From assembly GCA_965198005.1 (NCBI GenBank), contig CBDAOI010000004.1:2272001-2336000 (forward strand): a stretch of DNA of 64,000 bases, written 5' to 3'. This stretch comes from Spirochaetia bacterium (GTDB taxonomy: Bacteria; Spirochaetota; Spirochaetia; SZUA-6; Bin103). Each line of letters begins with the position of its first letter. The first letter of the stretch is position 1. Shown here one piece after another: positions 22,301-31,105 of the stretch. A program made the position numbers and the translations under genes. The notes below the pieces were generated by a model. It did no database searches, was not told the origin of the DNA, and worked only from the letters and a program-made list of their open reading frames with translations.

Positions 22301-24187
22301 CGACACGGTGACCGTGAACGGTGTGCTGGAAGCGCGCGACACGGTGGCGGTGACGGTGCTGGTTTCGTCGTTCTCGGAGATCGATGCCGGGTCCAGCTTC
22401 AGCGTCACGCCGGGGCTGGAGTCGACCAGGCAGACCGTCACTCGGTCGTATATCTTGTAGGGGAAGGTGCCCTCGTACTGGTTTCCAGCCCACCGGTAGG
22501 ACTCGCCGTAATCCTGCGGACTGTGGGCGGTGACGCTGGAGAACGGCAGCGCCATCGCGCCGACGTGCAACGTCAGATCGTCAATCTCGGCGTCCGAAAA
22601 AGCAGACGCGACGGCAAAATGATAGGCTGGCGGAAAGCCATAAAACTCACTCGGCTGACCGAAATATACCTGGTTCACTTCAAAGGTCCTGGTACCGAGA
22701 TCGAATTCTTTGTCCGAGATCAAGCCAGGAAAGAGATGTTCGGGCGTGGTTTGAAGGTCAACTTCCGTGTTATTGTCTTTGTACCCGAGGTCGTCGTACG
22801 CTCCGTGTCTGGCCAGGGTGATTTCCGCCGACCAGAACGCGCCGGCGCATGCCGGCACGGGCACCATCGCGTCGGTGGTCGCATAATTGGGGGGCGACCC
22901 GTCGCGTTCCGTCGACCACGGGCCTTCGACCCCATTGCCGGTACGCGCCTTGACGCGGTAGTGGCGGGTGCTGCCCGGCTCGAGCCACTTGTGGATGTAC
23001 TTGTTACTTTGTGGGTACGTAGAGGCAGGGTGGTAGAGGTCGTCACCCTGTTCATCGTACCCCAGCAGATTCGTCCAGGTGTTGCCACCATCTGCGGAGA
23101 CTTGGACCAGGTAGTTCGCGATATCGGCGTTATCCTCCCTGCTCCAACTCAGGTTGAAGCGAGACTGCCCCGCCGGCCGCGGAGTATAGAAGAGTGGAGC
23201 GCCCGGCGTGCCGGTTGCGGCGGCGGGCACGTAGTCGTGCTCGATCGAAACCGCGGGCGCGTTCGGCAGCGGCTCGGAGGCGCGCGCCGTGAGCGCGGAT
23301 GAAATCGGGTTACGGCCGACCACACCGGGCGTGCGCTCGGCAAGCTGCAGTCGACCTTCCAGCGTGAACCCCCGGGGCCGCTCCTTGGCCGCGGCCCGCG
23401 CCGCCGCTAGTTCCGGGTCGTAGCTCGGCAGCGGGGTGACGATGCGTGTGGCCGTGCCGGTCGCCGCGATCGTTGCGGGGCCGGCGGTCGCTGCGTCGAC
23501 GGGGCCGGCGGCATCGGCGAGCGCGGGCCAAGTGGACACTATGTTTTGTGGGCCGGCCGCCGCCGGGGCGTGGGCCAAGTCCGCGGCCAGCGAGAAGTCG
23601 AGGTTGCTGATGGCGGCGCCGTGCAGCCGGAGTGCATTCGCGCCGATGGCGGGGTCACTGAAGTCCTGGTTCCAGTCCAGGGCGAGATAGCGGAAGGTCA
23701 GCTTGGACGATCCGGAACCACTCGCATAGATGCTCGCATAGCCGGTCTGGCGGAGCGGGGGGCGTCCCATTTCCAGATCGATTCGCGGGGTGCCGCGCCT
23801 GGTGTCCACCCACACCGGCTGGTCGAACTTCACTGTCACTTCGATCACGCGGCGCGGCGGATACCAGCGCTCGGCGCCCGCATCCGTACTGAAACGTACG
23901 TCCAGAATGCGCGGTACGCCCGTAGGAGACGCTGCAACGCGGCCCTCGCCCGGGCGCGGAGCAGTGCTCTGCACGCGCGTTTCCTGCCCGGTTTCCGCCC
24001 CCGGCTGCGCGTGCGCGACATCGCGCGCGCCCATGACGGCAACTGCCATGAGCAGGGCAAACAGCAGCCGACGCGCCGGAACCTGGCGCCGGCGCAGGCA
24101 AGCGCCCACACGCCCCAGCCGTGCAGTCAGCGATGCGCGCGGGTGAAGTGGAAGATCGCAGGTTCCTGGATTCACCGGGTTGTCCAT
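10312..24187 (-). CDS. Giant autotransporter-type adhesin (~4600 aa if repaired): signal peptide, FN3, cadherin-like and Calx-beta repeats, C-terminal beta-barrel; five 1-bp frameshifts
   Basis: AAAAGGAAC RBS, signal ending VAHA|Q. Consecutive ORFs join via frameshifts at ~18104, ~17355, ~14950, ~12878 and ~11355 (net +1, matching length mod 3). Linker AWLARFGRTVA and a barrel ending GGSLRW. Confidence 0.85.
14650..21420 (-). repeat. Tandem array of 642-bp (214-aa) cadherin-like+FN3 units: 11 cadherin and 10 FN3 modules, near-identical
   Basis: Anchor GTGTTCTCCGCCAC at 14970, 15612, 16254, 16896, 17539, 18180, 18822, 19476, 20118, 20760 and 21408. Confidence 0.95.
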
Positions 24188-24676
24188 GTTCCTTTTCGAC
24201 CGAAGTGGTGGCTTCCTTGAACCGCGAATTGATGCCGGTTGGGTGGGGCAACGCAGCCAGACCGGCCGCCGAAACCGCCGGAACGGGCGGTACCTGGAGC
24301 CTCAGACGATGCCGAGCAGTCGCTCACCCACCGATCCGGTGGCTGAGCGCACGCTCATACAGGCACTGGGCGCTACCTTGGCAAGCATGGGCAGTCAGGG
24401 GGCATTCGGGGCCTATACCGAGTGTCCGCTCAGAGCAACCTCCGGACGGGTCGCCGGCAACCCCGCCCCCGGTCGGCTGGCGGTACCGAGGACCGGGCGG
24501 GCGGCAGCGGCGCGACCGCGGTACGCGGCAGCACGCACTGCGGCGGCGCGGCGCGGCGGGGCGACGCGCACGCCCAATACCGCTACGATGTGGCAACCGG
24601 AGACAGCGACCGGTCAGGTGAATCCGCACTCGGTCCGCACCGTAACCGGCAACCGGACACCTGGGAGACACCGTCA

Positions 24677-26305
24677 ATGCGCACCACTGAACCGACCGAG
24701 AAGAGTCACGGCAGGGCCGCCGCGTTCGACGTGCTGATCGTTGGCGCCGGGGCGTCGGGTCTGTACATGCTGCACCGGATCCGGCTGCTGGGGTTGACCG
24801 TGCGCGTGCTGGAGGCGGGCGCCGGCGTGGGCGGCACCTGGTACTGGAACCGCTATCCCGGCGCCCGCTGCGACACCGACACCATGGAGTACTCCTACAG
24901 TTTCTGCGAGCAACTCCAGCAGGAGTGGGAGTGGCCCGAGCGCTACCCTACCCAGCCCGAAATCCTGCGCTACCTGGAGCACGTCGCCGACCGGTTCCGG
25001 CTGCGCTCCGACGTCTCGTTCGACACGCGGGTGGCGGCCGCGACCTTCGACGAAACCGCGCGCCGCTGGCGGCTGCGCACCGACCGCGGCGACCAGCTTT
25101 CGGCGCAGTTTCTGATCTTGGCGACCGGCTGCCTGTCGGTCCCGATCACGCCCAGGATGGACGGCGTCGACTCGTTCACCGGCCCGATCCATCACACCGG
25201 CCGCTGGCCGCACGCCGGCGTGGACTTCAGCGGGCAACGGGTCGGAATCATCGGCACCGGCTCGTCGGCGGTGCAGTCGATCCCGGTGATCGCCGAGCAG
25301 GCGCGCCGGCTGGTCGTATTCCAGCGCACCGCCCAGTACTCGGTGCCGGCCCGCAACCAGCCGGTGGACGCCGAGCTGGTGGCCCGCATCAAGGCCGACT
25401 ACGCCGGATTCCGAGCGCGCAACCGGCTGCAACAGAGCGCGCAGCTATCCCACCGCCCGGCCAACGACGTCTCGGCCCTCGCGGTGGATGCCGCCGCGCG
25501 CGAACGCATCTACGAGGAACGCTGGCAAGAAGGAGGATTCCCGTTCTTCGGCAGCTTCAACGACCTCATGCTGGACCAAGCAGCGAACGCGACCGCGGCG
25601 GAGTTCGTGCGCGGCAAGATTCAGGCGACCGTGCATGACCCGGGGGTGGCCGAACTGCTGTGCCCGTCGCACACCATCGCCTGCAAGCGGCCGGTGCTGG
25701 ACAGCGGCTACTTCGAGACCTTCAACCGCCCCAACGTGCTGCTGGTCGACATTCGCTCGGCGCCGATTCGGGAGATCACGCCGACCGGGGTGCGCACGGT
25801 GAGCGCGCACTATGAACTGGACTGCCTGATCTTCGCTACCGGGTTCGACGGCATGACCGGGGCGCTGCTGGGGATCGACCTGCGCGGCCGTGGCGGCCTG
25901 ACGCTGCGCGCCAAGTGGTCGGCCGGGCCGCGCAACTACCTCGGCCTGTCGGTGGCGGGGTTTCCCAACCTGTTCACCATCACCGGCCCCGGCAGCCCGT
26001 CGGTGCTGACCAACATGATGGTGGCGATCGAGCAGCACGTGGAGTGGGTGGCCGACTGCATCGGCTACCTGCGGCAGCAGGGGCACGCCTGCATCGAAGC
26101 CACGGTGGCGGCGGAAGATGCGTGGGTGGAGCACGTCAACCAGGTCGCCGGGCGTACCCTCTACCCTACCTGCAGCTCGTGGTACCTGGGCGCCAACGTG
26201 CCGGGCAAGCCACGGGTCTTCATGCCGCTGCCCGGCTTCCCCCGGTACGTCGAGAAGTGCAAGGAGGTGGTTGCCAACGGCTACGAGGGGTTCGTGCTGA
26301 CCTGA
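24677..26305 (+). CDS. Baeyer-Villiger monooxygenase (cyclohexanone/phenylacetone monooxygenase family)
   Basis: GAGASG, GGTWYWNRYPGARCD, fingerprint FTGPIHHTGRWP, GTGSSA, FQRT, ATGFD, SWYLGANVPGK. Confidence 0.95.
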   Translation: MRTTEPTEKSHGRAAAFDVLIVGAGASGLYMLHRIRLLGLTVRVLEAGAGVGGTWYWNRYPGARCDTDTMEYSYSFCEQLQQEWEWPERYPTQPEILRYLEHVADRFRLRSDVSFDTRVAAATFDETARRWRLRTDRGDQLSAQFLILATGCLSVPITPRMDGVDSFTGPIHHTGRWPHAGVDFSGQRVGIIGTGSSAVQSIPVIAEQARRLVVFQRTAQYSVPARNQPVDAELVARIKADYAGFRARNRLQQSAQLSHRPANDVSALAVDAAARERIYEERWQEGGFPFFGSFNDLMLDQAANATAAEFVRGKIQATVHDPGVAELLCPSHTIACKRPVLDSGYFETFNRPNVLLVDIRSAPIREITPTGVRTVSAHYELDCLIFATGFDGMTGALLGIDLRGRGGLTLRAKWSAGPRNYLGLSVAGFPNLFTITGPGSPSVLTNMMVAIEQHVEWVADCIGYLRQQGHACIEATVAAEDAWVEHVNQVAGRTLYPTCSSWYLGANVPGKPRVFMPLPGFPRYVEKCKEVVANGYEGFVLT

Positions 26306-27318
26306 GCGAGGCGCTCCAGGGCGGCGCCGGCTTCGGCCACCACGTCGCCCACCACCTGCCCGGCCGGCTTGACCCGATGGATCAGGCCGGAGCTCTGGCC
26401 CGCGGGCAGCACGCCGTGGTCGGTGTCGCCGCGGTGACGGCCGAGTTCGGAGGCGGCGTGCCCGACGTGCAGCGCCTGCAGCGGATAGGGCTCGATCTGG
26501 TCCTGACGTGCCTCCCATGAATCGGTGAACCGGTTGCGGATCAGGCGGCACGGCTTGCCGCTGTGGGCGCGGGTGACCACGGTCCCCGCCTCGGAGGTCC
26601 GCACGATCTTGCTCTTGTAGTTGCGGTGGGCGTGCGCCTCCTCGGTGGCGACGAACCGGGTGCCCATCCAGATGCCCTGCGCCCCGAGCGCCAGCGCCGC
26701 CACCAGCGCGCGGCCGTCAGCCAGCCCGCCGCCGGCCACCACCGGCACCTCGACCGCGTCCGCGACCGCCGGAATCAGCACCGCGGTGCCGATCGTGCCG
26801 ACGTGGCCGCCGCCGTCGCTGCCGGAAGCGATCACGGCGTCCACCCCGTCCGCCACCGCCTTCACCGCATGGCGTACCGCGCCCACCACCGACATCACGT
26901 AGATGCCGCGCGCATGCGCCTCCGGCACGGCCGCGGCCGGGCTGCCCAGGCCGGAGATCAGCACCGGCACCCGCTCCTCCAGGACCACCCCCACCAACTC
27001 CTGCACCGCGTCGGTGTAGCGCGTCACCTCGCTGCCCGCCGCGCGCACGGTTGCAAACAGAATGTCCACCCCGAACGGCTTGTCGGTCAGGCTCCGGGTC
27101 GCCTCGATCTGGCGCCGCAGCTCGTCCGCCGTCATGTCCGTCCCCGCGCCGATCACGCCCAGCCCGCCGGCCTCCGACACCGCGGCCGCCAGCTCGGCCC
27201 GCGCCACCCACCCCATCCCGGCCTGAAACACCGGATACTCGATCCCGAGCCGCGCGCAGATCGGCGTGCGCAACGCGCGGGCTGTGGGCGTGGAGGTGAT
27301 GTCCGAGAGCACACTCAT
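26281..27318 (-). CDS. Nitronate monooxygenase/FabK-like FMN-dependent oxidoreductase
   Basis: LGIEYPVFQAGMG, AVSEAGGLG, TDKPFGV, GGGH, PVVAGGGLADG, MGTRFVATEE. Confidence 0.9.
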   Translation of the reverse strand: MSVLSDITSTPTARALRTPICARLGIEYPVFQAGMGWVARAELAAAVSEAGGLGVIGAGTDMTADELRRQIEATRSLTDKPFGVDILFATVRAAGSEVTRYTDAVQELVGVVLEERVPVLISGLGSPAAAVPEAHARGIYVMSVVGAVRHAVKAVADGVDAVIASGSDGGGHVGTIGTAVLIPAVADAVEVPVVAGGGLADGRALVAALALGAQGIWMGTRFVATEEAHAHRNYKSKIVRTSEAGTVVTRAHSGKPCRLIRNRFTDSWEARQDQIEPYPLQALHVGHAASELGRHRGDTDHGVLPAGQSSGLIHRVKPAGQVVGDVVAEAGAALERLAQVSTNPS

Positions 27319-27839
27319 TGGTCCGCACGCTTTGCAGCGTATAACGGATCGGCTACCCTTGTCGTATGAGTATGGCATGCCGCGCCCGCCGCGACGCTCT
27401 CGGTTGTTGATGCCCCGCCGCAGCGGATCGGCGCAACCGGCGCGGTTCAGTCGACGGGATCTTCGGCGTCGGAGCCGCACGGAAACGTGATCAGGATGGC
27501 AACATCCCAAGCCGCTCGCAGACCCGGGTGCGTAGCGCGCTCGCTGCCGGCGTGGCGCATGACCCCTCGGAACGCCCGAGCGGTCACTGCAGCTCGTTGT
27601 GAACCGAGAGGATAACCGCGTCCACGCCGCGACCGGACCAGTGCCGCTTGGCCCACCGTCCGGCGCCGACGCCGACCAGGAACGCGGCCGTGCCGCCACG
27701 TCGTTGCAGCGTGCGTCGATGGCGCCTGACCAGTGCGGGCTCGTGGTCGTTCGCAACGTTGGGGCGAACGGTCAGGCATTGGTCGATGCAGAACGGACGG
27801 TCCCATAGATTCCCGCTGCCGCCTCGCCGCTGCCGTCAC

Positions 27840-28067
27840 TTACTTGTCGGCCGCTTGGTAGCGTTCGCCACGCTCCGCGATGGCCCCAGCATCCGCCGGG
27901 AGCCGCGACGGGTACGGCGCGGATAGCGCGCCCTCAATCCGCGCCACCCTCTCACCAAGCGACAGCAACCGGCCGTTGATCGACAAGAGGATAGGCACCA
28001 GCGCCCCGAGCATCACGCCTAGCAGGGTTACGCCCACGGCCAGGATGGCTATTAGCTCCCCGCTCAA
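27840..28067 (-). CDS. Small hypothetical membrane protein (single TM plus short coiled coil)
   Basis: ELIAILAVGVTLLGVMLG hydrophobic stretch followed by LGERVARIEG. TTG start. Confidence 0.6.
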   Translation of the reverse strand: MSGELIAILAVGVTLLGVMLGALVPILLSINGRLLSLGERVARIEGALSAPYPSRLPADAGAIAERGERYQAADK

Positions 28068-28367
28068 CCCGTCGCCCGCTTGCGTCGGCCGTGCCCGCCG
28101 GCGTCCATAGGACGCTCGACCGAGCGCACCCCCTCGACCAGCGCCGCTCGTACTACCGCTCCCTCACTCACGCCGTGCCCCGCGCGCTTCGCCAAGCGCC
28201 GTCACCTCCGCCCGCGTCGGTGCCAGAAATACCGTTACTCGCTCGATCGGCGGTGTTTGATCAAACAACATATCGGACAGCGTAGCATACGTACGCGCAT
28301 ACGTCAACGCTTCAACGGTCGGCCCGGTCGGCCGGTCGGCCCGGTCGGCCGGTAGGCCGCCTCCCGC

Positions 28368-28441
28368 GCCGAACAGCTTCTCGAACTGGGCGAACCACAC
28401 GAAGTTCCACTGGAGGTCCGCGTCCATGCCGGTAAAGGAAA
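28368..28441 (-). pseudogene. Sugar ABC permease fragment (left part of the IS target), near-copy of ~35934-36008
   Basis: MDADLQWNFVWFAQFEKLFG is identical to the intact permease. Confidence 0.85.
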
Positions 28442-28465
28442 GGGTGTAAGTCTCAAATTGACCAG

Positions 28466-30328
28466 TCAGGCGGCCCGACCGTGTGCCAACTCGATCTCGT
28501 TATCCGGCACCAAGACCTCGGTCCGGTAGGTCCCCGAGAGCAACGACCACGCCGCGTCGAAGCGATCACTCTGCACCCATCCCCGTAACGTCAGAATCGC
28601 TTGCCCGCCGGCCTCTCGCCAGCGCATCCCCGAGCGCTTCATCCGTTCGGTGACCAGCGTCTTGCACGCTGCCTCCATTACGCCAGAACCAATCGGCAGG
28701 CCGCGCGCTGCCGCGCCCGCGTAGTCCATCCGCTTCCGGTTGCGCCGAAAGTAGCCCAGCACTTCCTGGATCCGCTTCCGCCGCGGGTGCTTGCGGCCCA
28801 GATACCGCAGCCGGCGGATCACCAGCTCCACACCTCCCTGCTCATGCCGCAACACGTGTCGATACTTCTCGTACTGCGTTCGTCCCCGTTCGTCGTGCTC
28901 GCCGTAGGCCGTATCCGTCGCCGCCTTGAGCTGCTCGGCGGCATGGTAGAAATCCACCAGTTGCTCGCTGCTCACCGCCTGTGGCGCCAATTCAACCAGA
29001 AAGCTCCAGTTGTCGTGCGCCCCGTCCGCCAGCTTGACCACCTCCAGCCCGGGCCGTTGCTCCAGCGCTGCCTCCACCTCCGCGCTCAACATCTCTTTCA
29101 AGGTCGCCTTCTTGGTCTCCGGCATCCGCCCCATACGCAGCGTACCCAACCGCTCTCCGTCGCAGTCGTAGAACGACACCGTGCCACAGCCGACCTCTCG
29201 GAAGCCGGCCGGTCCCTTGGTCGGCCGCCCCTCAGCCCGCGCCGCGGCGCGCTTGGCTTGCCGCTTCCCATCCTTCATCGGTGCCATCACCCCGTCCAGG
29301 GACACCGCCATTATCGTCGCCTCATCCGGTACCAGGAGGTCCGCCCGCAGCACCTCCTCGAACGCTGCCCGCCGCTCCTCCCAGCGCCTGCTCAACTGCT
29401 TCGGCAGTCGCTCCAGGCTGCTCGCCGAGGGACTCATGTTGCCCAACCCGTCCAGAATCTCGGCTCCCTCCCGCGGCGTCACCTGGGCCACCAGAAAGCT
29501 CGCTTGGTGCGCCGCCCGCGGCGTCCAGTGACCGCCGATGATGCCCGCCCGCAACTCCAGCGGCACCACTGCCGGCTCCTTGCCGGCGCGGTACAAGGTC
29601 CGCAGCACGGTAATCGGACCGACCCCGCTGGTGTAGGTCTCGGTGGCGCGTAGCACGCGTCGGTGGCGACGGCCCTCGATGCTCACCTCCGGTCGGTCTA
29701 CGTCGAACCGCTCCAGCTCATGCTCCAGCGTAGCCCGCTCAGCGGCGACGAAGCGCTGGTGCAGTTCGCCCTCCAAGCGCTCAAAGTCTTGCTCCGCCGG
29801 TGGGCACTGGCAGAGCCGGCCCAGTTCCGTCCCCAGGTCGCTGACAATCCGATCCAGCTGGTCGCTGCCACTGGTGGCGCCAGCGCTGCCGGTATCCGCG
29901 GGCGCCGGCAGCGGACCACTCCTTGGAGCCGGCCCCTGGCCCGCGCACTGGGCCAGATGGTACTCGCCGACGGCTGTCTGCCCGAACTCGATTCCCAACA
30001 GTTCATCCGGCGGCACCCACAGCTCGCCGCTACCGCTGGCGTAGTAGGCGCGCAGCACCGTCACCGGCCCATACCGCCCGTGCACCGTCTTCGGGCGATT
30101 CCCCTTGAACCGAAACACCACCTTGCCCCGCTTCAGCCGCGGCCCCAGGTAGCCGCTGTCTGCCTCCGTCGCCAAGTCCTGCACTACCTGCCGCTCTGTC
30201 TTCATCAGGCTCTCGTGCACGAGCTGTTCCACCTGCAGCATCCCAGCCGGGCTGCTGACAGCGCCGTTGTCGGCGCCAGCGCGGTTGCGCAACTCCAGCT
30301 TGACATGCGCAACGATATGAGCGACCAA
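28466..30328 (-). CDS. DDE transposase (ISKra4/ISLre2-like) with a duplicated, chimeric N-terminus
   Basis: SLDG, LADGA..NW, VDFYHAAEQL, PIGSGVMEAACKTLVTERMKRSGMRW. Confidence 0.9.
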   Translation of the reverse strand: MVAHIVAHVKLELRNRAGADNGAVSSPAGMLQVEQLVHESLMKTERQVVQDLATEADSGYLGPRLKRGKVVFRFKGNRPKTVHGRYGPVTVLRAYYASGSGELWVPPDELLGIEFGQTAVGEYHLAQCAGQGPAPRSGPLPAPADTGSAGATSGSDQLDRIVSDLGTELGRLCQCPPAEQDFERLEGELHQRFVAAERATLEHELERFDVDRPEVSIEGRRHRRVLRATETYTSGVGPITVLRTLYRAGKEPAVVPLELRAGIIGGHWTPRAAHQASFLVAQVTPREGAEILDGLGNMSPSASSLERLPKQLSRRWEERRAAFEEVLRADLLVPDEATIMAVSLDGVMAPMKDGKRQAKRAAARAEGRPTKGPAGFREVGCGTVSFYDCDGERLGTLRMGRMPETKKATLKEMLSAEVEAALEQRPGLEVVKLADGAHDNWSFLVELAPQAVSSEQLVDFYHAAEQLKAATDTAYGEHDERGRTQYEKYRHVLRHEQGGVELVIRRLRYLGRKHPRRKRIQEVLGYFRRNRKRMDYAGAAARGLPIGSGVMEAACKTLVTERMKRSGMRWREAGGQAILTLRGWVQSDRFDAAWSLLSGTYRTEVLVPDNEIELAHGRAA

Positions 30329-30343
30329 TTCTTATCCATAGTT

Positions 30344-30384
30344 GACCTCCCAGTCATAGCCATTGTGCTATTGACTGGGAGGTC
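30344..30384 (-). promoter_or_regulatory. Hairpin sequestering the transposase Shine-Dalgarno
   Basis: On the minus strand GACCTCCCAGTCA...TGACTGGGAGGTC (13-bp perfect stem) is followed by AACT-ATG at 30339. Confidence 0.7.
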
Positions 30385-30601
30385 TTTGCTACCCCCCTGC
30401 CCCAAACGGCCCAAACCGGGGCAAACCTCGCACCCATTTCCCCGCCTGCCATCACGCCGACCGCTGCCTCCGGGACAGCCGCAGTACCGGTGCTGGGATC
30501 CGCTACCTCCCGGCGCGTGACACTTTGTCACCGTCGCGCGTCCAACCTGTCCTGGAGTCGCACCAGACCCCCTCTAATCGCTCAATTCGAGACTTACACC
30601 C

Positions 30602-30907
30602 AAAGGAAATGACCGCGGTCAGGACCACCGGCGCAAAGAAGAACGCCGTGACCAGCAGCAGAAACAGTGTACTCCATCATCGCGGTCATCTCGGCGATGA
30701 ACATCGCGGCCCATCCCCAACTCCCGTAGAGCCGGAACAGGGCGTCCCCGTTCAGGAATCGCTCCGAGATGACCCGCCAGTCGATCGACGTCATGCCGCG
30801 GGCGTCACGTTATTCATGTCAGCTTCCGAGCGGAACGGGCTGCCATGATACCATAGATATAGATAGATCCGAAACTTCGTATGTGCGACGATTTCCGTGG
30901 GTTTCAT
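30602..30907 (-). pseudogene. Telescoped remnant of the sugar ABC substrate-binding protein and permease (right part of the IS target)
   Basis: 30602-30667 matches permease 36001-36066. 30668-30702 matches SBP 36398-36432 (FIAEMTAM). Further SBP-like scraps follow (TSIDWRVISERFLNGDALFRLYGSWGW). Confidence 0.75.
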
Positions 30908-31105
30908 AGCCTCTCTCGGTGGTGCAAGCCCGCCTGCCGCGGTGCGCGCGCACGATGCGCACGATACACGCTTTGGCGCTTTGGGGCCACGATTGACGTC
31001 CCGTTGCGGCGGACCATAGGGTTGGTTTGGGCGAACGGTTGCAGGTGCTGCAGGTGTTTGTGTTTGCCCGTCCCACGGCGCTGATAGTATGGTCGAGCAG
31101 GGGGT

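Larger units (their letters stand above)
28442..30601 (-). mobile_element. Insertion sequence of the ISKra4/ISLre2-like (IS256 superfamily) group, 2160 bp
   Basis: TIRs GGGTGTAAGTCTC(A/G)AATTGA at 28442-28461 and 30582-30601 (19/20 identical). 8-bp target duplication AAAGGAAA at 28434-28441 and 30602-30609. The empty site is visible at ~36001. Confidence 0.93.

Noticed and set aside
14924..23302. Very long plus-strand ORFs (831 aa, 1335 aa) and many repeated 60-110 aa ORFs
   Set aside because: Antisense or off-frame shadows of the repetitive adhesin in GC-rich DNA. Arg/His-rich nonsense composition and no motifs.
24187..24677. Riboswitch (for example c-di-GMP) upstream of the adhesin
   Set aside because: I could not find the conserved aptamer motifs on either strand, only generic GC stems.
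27447..27926. Short overlapping ORFs between the monooxygenase and the small membrane protein
   Set aside because: No motifs, RBS or compositional support; treated as intergenic or unrecognisable debris.
31028..31043. LacI-type operator-like TGGGCGAACGGTTGCA near the sugar ABC remnant
   Set aside because: Weak symmetry and no regulator gene in the window.
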